51,152 nt of DNA from an uncultured Anaerolineae bacterium. Its GTDB lineage: Bacteria > Chloroflexota > Anaerolineae > S016-19. The notes under the pieces were generated by a model. That model was not told the origin of the DNA. It was given only the letters and a program-made list of their open reading frames with translations, and ran no database searches. The translations under genes and the position numbers were made by a program. The stretch spans positions 1 to 51,152 of the forward strand of contig CAZDOZ010000001.1 of NCBI GenBank assembly GCA_964507175.1, written 5' to 3'. Below are positions 49,232-51,152 of the stretch, piece after piece (positions within the stretch are counted from its first letter, which is position 1; the number at the start of each line of letters is the position of its first letter).

Positions 49232-49349
49232 TTGATTCCTCCTTAGATAGTGAGTGGCCAGAGGCATACACCAATCTCTCATTGCCCCTGGAAAACCCAG
49301 ACTCTCAAAATGCTGGGATTGAGCCAGAAAACAAGTACAGAGCTAGATT

Positions 49350-49763
49350 TTAGACAAAGAATGTCGCATCTGCCTTTTCTGCCATATCCATGAACTCACC
49401 AGCGCCAATGACGTCATCGACAATGTCCAGGAAATCTTCTTTCTTTCCTCCCCAAATCTGGAAAGCGAGAGAGCACAGGTGAATCCTCACAGGGGCCGCT
49501 TCCCTTGCCTGCTTCAGTAAATCAAGCCAGGAAGGTGCCTTAAGCTCTACGAGGGCTTTATGAACCTGGGGCTTTAGCTCTGAGAATTCCGAAAAGTTGG
49601 CGTTTCCCTCTACGACATCTTTTCTGAAAGCGTAGGAACCCCAGAGCTGGAGGAAAATGTCAACTTCCATATCCTGTGCAGCTGCACCACCAACGAGGAC
49701 AGCTAATCCAGTTAGCTTATCCACGCTACCAGAGAAAAGCACAACCGCCATCTTCTTAGCCAT
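49350..49763 (-). CDS. DsrE/DsrF-like family protein (COG2210-type), paralogue B
   Basis: MAVVLFSGSVDKL..A..GAAA.. fold start, a single cysteine in HLCSLAF, C-terminus ATFFV. GAGGAGG lies 6 nt before ATG 49763. Confidence 0.75.
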   Translation of the reverse strand: MAKKMAVVLFSGSVDKLTGLAVLVGGAAAQDMEVDIFLQLWGSYAFRKDVVEGNANFSEFSELKPQVHKALVELKAPSWLDLLKQAREAAPVRIHLCSLAFQIWGGKKEDFLDIVDDVIGAGEFMDMAEKADATFFV

Positions 49764-49882
49764 TTGAACCTCCTCGTTCATTACTCATACATTGACACAG
49801 ACTACTTTCACGACATTGCTACACAACAACAATCGAGCGTAGCGCTATCCTACGACCATAATACCTTCCTGCATAATGTGTC

Positions 49883-50371
49883 TCAGACGAATAATGTTAT
49901 TTGAGACTCCCTAGCTTCGGCAATAAATGTCCCAACTCCGACGGGCTCGCCTATCCCATCTACCAGATCTTCCTTTTTTATTTCCATCACGTCCATGCTC
50001 ATTTGGCATGGCACAATATTTACCCCCAAATCGATGGCATTCTGTAGGAGCTCATGAAGGGGAGTCACATTGTGTTTTTTCATCATCTTCTTGAACATCC
50101 AATTACCGAGTCCGCCGAAGGCGTATTTGGACGGAGCAAGGTTGTCGATGCCTCCCGGGTTTAGCAAACCGAGTATCTTTCCAAAGAAACTATCCCCAGT
50201 ATGTTTTTTCTTCTGTAATGCCCTGAGCCCCCAAAAAGTAAAGAACATGGTAACATCCATGTCAAATGCTACTGCTCCTGTTGCTATGATAAATGCACCC
50301 ATTATCTTGTCCATATCCCCGCTAAGGATCACCATGGATAATTTTTCGTTCTTTTCTTCCTCTTCTTCCAT
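49883..50371 (-). CDS. DsrE/DsrF-like family protein (COG2210-type), paralogue A
   Basis: LSMVILSGDMDKIMGAFIIATGA.., a cysteine in VPCQMSMDV, C-terminus ITLFV. Acidic N-terminal MEEEEEK. Confidence 0.75.
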   Translation of the reverse strand: MEEEEEKNEKLSMVILSGDMDKIMGAFIIATGAVAFDMDVTMFFTFWGLRALQKKKHTGDSFFGKILGLLNPGGIDNLAPSKYAFGGLGNWMFKKMMKKHNVTPLHELLQNAIDLGVNIVPCQMSMDVMEIKKEDLVDGIGEPVGVGTFIAEARESQITLFV

Positions 50372-50582
50372 AATTGCCTCGCTTTGTCTTTAAGATTTCT
50401 GCCCCGTGGGTTCCTGGGGGTGCAGGACACATCCCTTTATGGGATGACTTCCGCTTTTACATATCTCGATCAGTTGCATCACCAAAGTCGTGTCGTGCAA
50501 CACTTTACATACTTCTGCTTCTAATATAGATCGTAACTTTCTCAACTGTCAAGTCTGGCATACATACTCCACATCCAGGCGC

Positions 50583-50611
50583 ATTATAATGCCCCCCACC
50601 AGAGATGTCAA
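50583..50611 (-). promoter_or_regulatory. consensus sigma70 promoter driving the dsrE-tusA-mvhD-hdrA cluster
   Basis: Minus strand: TTGACA (50611-50606), exactly 17 nt, TATAAT (50588-50583). The -10 lies inside the 12-bp palindrome GCATTATAATGC (50581-50592). Confidence 0.6.
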
Positions 50612-50867
50612 GTTCGGTTGGGAAATTTTTCACGGGAAGAGATTCTTAGCCCTTAAGAGCGTCGCCTCTGCACCGGAGCAGGTGATCGCTGGTCAGAAAA
50701 TCCCCGCCGTCACTCCACTTCCTCCTCGGAATGATGGGGCAGCTGTGTCTTCAGGTGTAAGTCCTGCGAGCAAGGCCTTGCGGCGCTGACGTTCTCGGAC
50801 ACACGGCGCCCGCATGGCTTCCGAACGTTCTCCATGCCCTTCCTGCGTATTTCCTTCGGTCCGTTTT

Positions 50868-50895
50868 TTGACTTTTTCGGAAATACGATTAAAAT
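50868..50895 (+). promoter_or_regulatory. promoter candidate for divergent regulator gene
   Basis: TTGACT (50868-50873), 16-nt spacer, TAAAAT (50890-50895). AGGGAG RBS at 50905-50910. Confidence 0.35.
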
Positions 50896-50914
50896 TAAAG
50901 ACAAAGGGAGAATC

Positions 50915-51152
50915 ATGAAACTGACTCGCCGGCAAAAAGATTTCTTGAATAAGTTCCTCTCTCTATATCGAGAGGCTGGAGAGCCGTTGCACTATACCAC
51001 GGTTGCCAGGCGAATGCACCTGGGTAACGTGACCGCATACGAAATGCTCCGGTTGCTGGAATCCAAAGGATTGGTGAAATCGGAGTACCGACATTCCAGA
51101 ACGAGCAGCCCAGGCAGATCTACTGTATTCTTCCGCCCAGCGGACAGAGAGA
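50915..51152 (+). CDS. winged-helix (DtxR/MarR-like N-terminal domain) transcriptional regulator, 3' partial at window edge
   Basis: Not in the ORF track because it runs off the window. My translation is MKLTRRQKDFLNKFLSLYREAGEPLHYTTVARRMHLGNVTAYEMLRLLESKGLVKSEY..., a helix-turn-helix plus recognition-helix pattern. Confidence 0.6.
   Translation, partial: MKLTRRQKDFLNKFLSLYREAGEPLHYTTVARRMHLGNVTAYEMLRLLESKGLVKSEYRHSRTSSPGRSTVFFRPADRE

Noticed and set aside
48842-49282. N-terminal extensions of the mvhD-like ORF (to 48931) and the tusA ORF (to 49282), and of dsrE-like B (to 49781).
   Set aside because: In each case a strong GGAGG/AGGAGG/GAGGAGG lies 6-10 nt before an internal ATG. That ATG gives the family-typical N-terminus.

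Overview
This 51.1-kb window is moderately GC-rich bacterial chromosome. Gene content and protein signatures suggest a Chloroflexota-like or other Terrabacteria lineage, but that assignment is inference only. Most of the window is conserved housekeeping: rplU-rpmA-rpmE, tdk, comM, ffh-rpsP-KH-rimM, yqeY-pgpH-ybeY-dgkA, lepA, a dGTPase-like HD protein, glgP, mreB-mreC-mreD-mrdA-minC, ybaK, a MacAB-type efflux operon, tRNA-Arg(TCG) and rlmD. Many operons are preceded by recognisable TTGnnn-N16-18-TAnAAT promoters. Three regions are not housekeeping. (1) 3.97-10.9 kb holds two overlapping giant membrane multi-GAF sensor genes; only the second has a histidine-kinase output. (2) 19.2-21.8 kb holds two tandem Rpn-family PD-(D/E)XK nuclease genes with a core of about 930 bp in which I found no mismatch, followed by a translationally coupled, signal-less lytic transglycosylase. 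(3) 41.5-51.2 kb is a visibly AT-richer minus-strand cluster: dsrE-like, dsrE-like, tusA, mvhD, two complementary hdrA-like flavoprotein genes, a small lysine-rich ORF, a QmoC-like FeS/cytochrome-b membrane anchor and a heme-O-synthase-like prenyltransferase, then a GltD/NfnB-like oxidoreductase. The cluster sits behind a perfect consensus promoter with a ~205-nt leader and a divergent winged-helix regulator. Region 3 is my best candidate for an undescribed system: a sulfur-relay-fed, quinone-linked Hdr/Qmo-like complex with no HdrB/HdrC catalytic subunit and no AprAB partner in view. I found no rRNA, CRISPR array or classical IS element. All domain calls come from motif recognition by eye, not from database searches.
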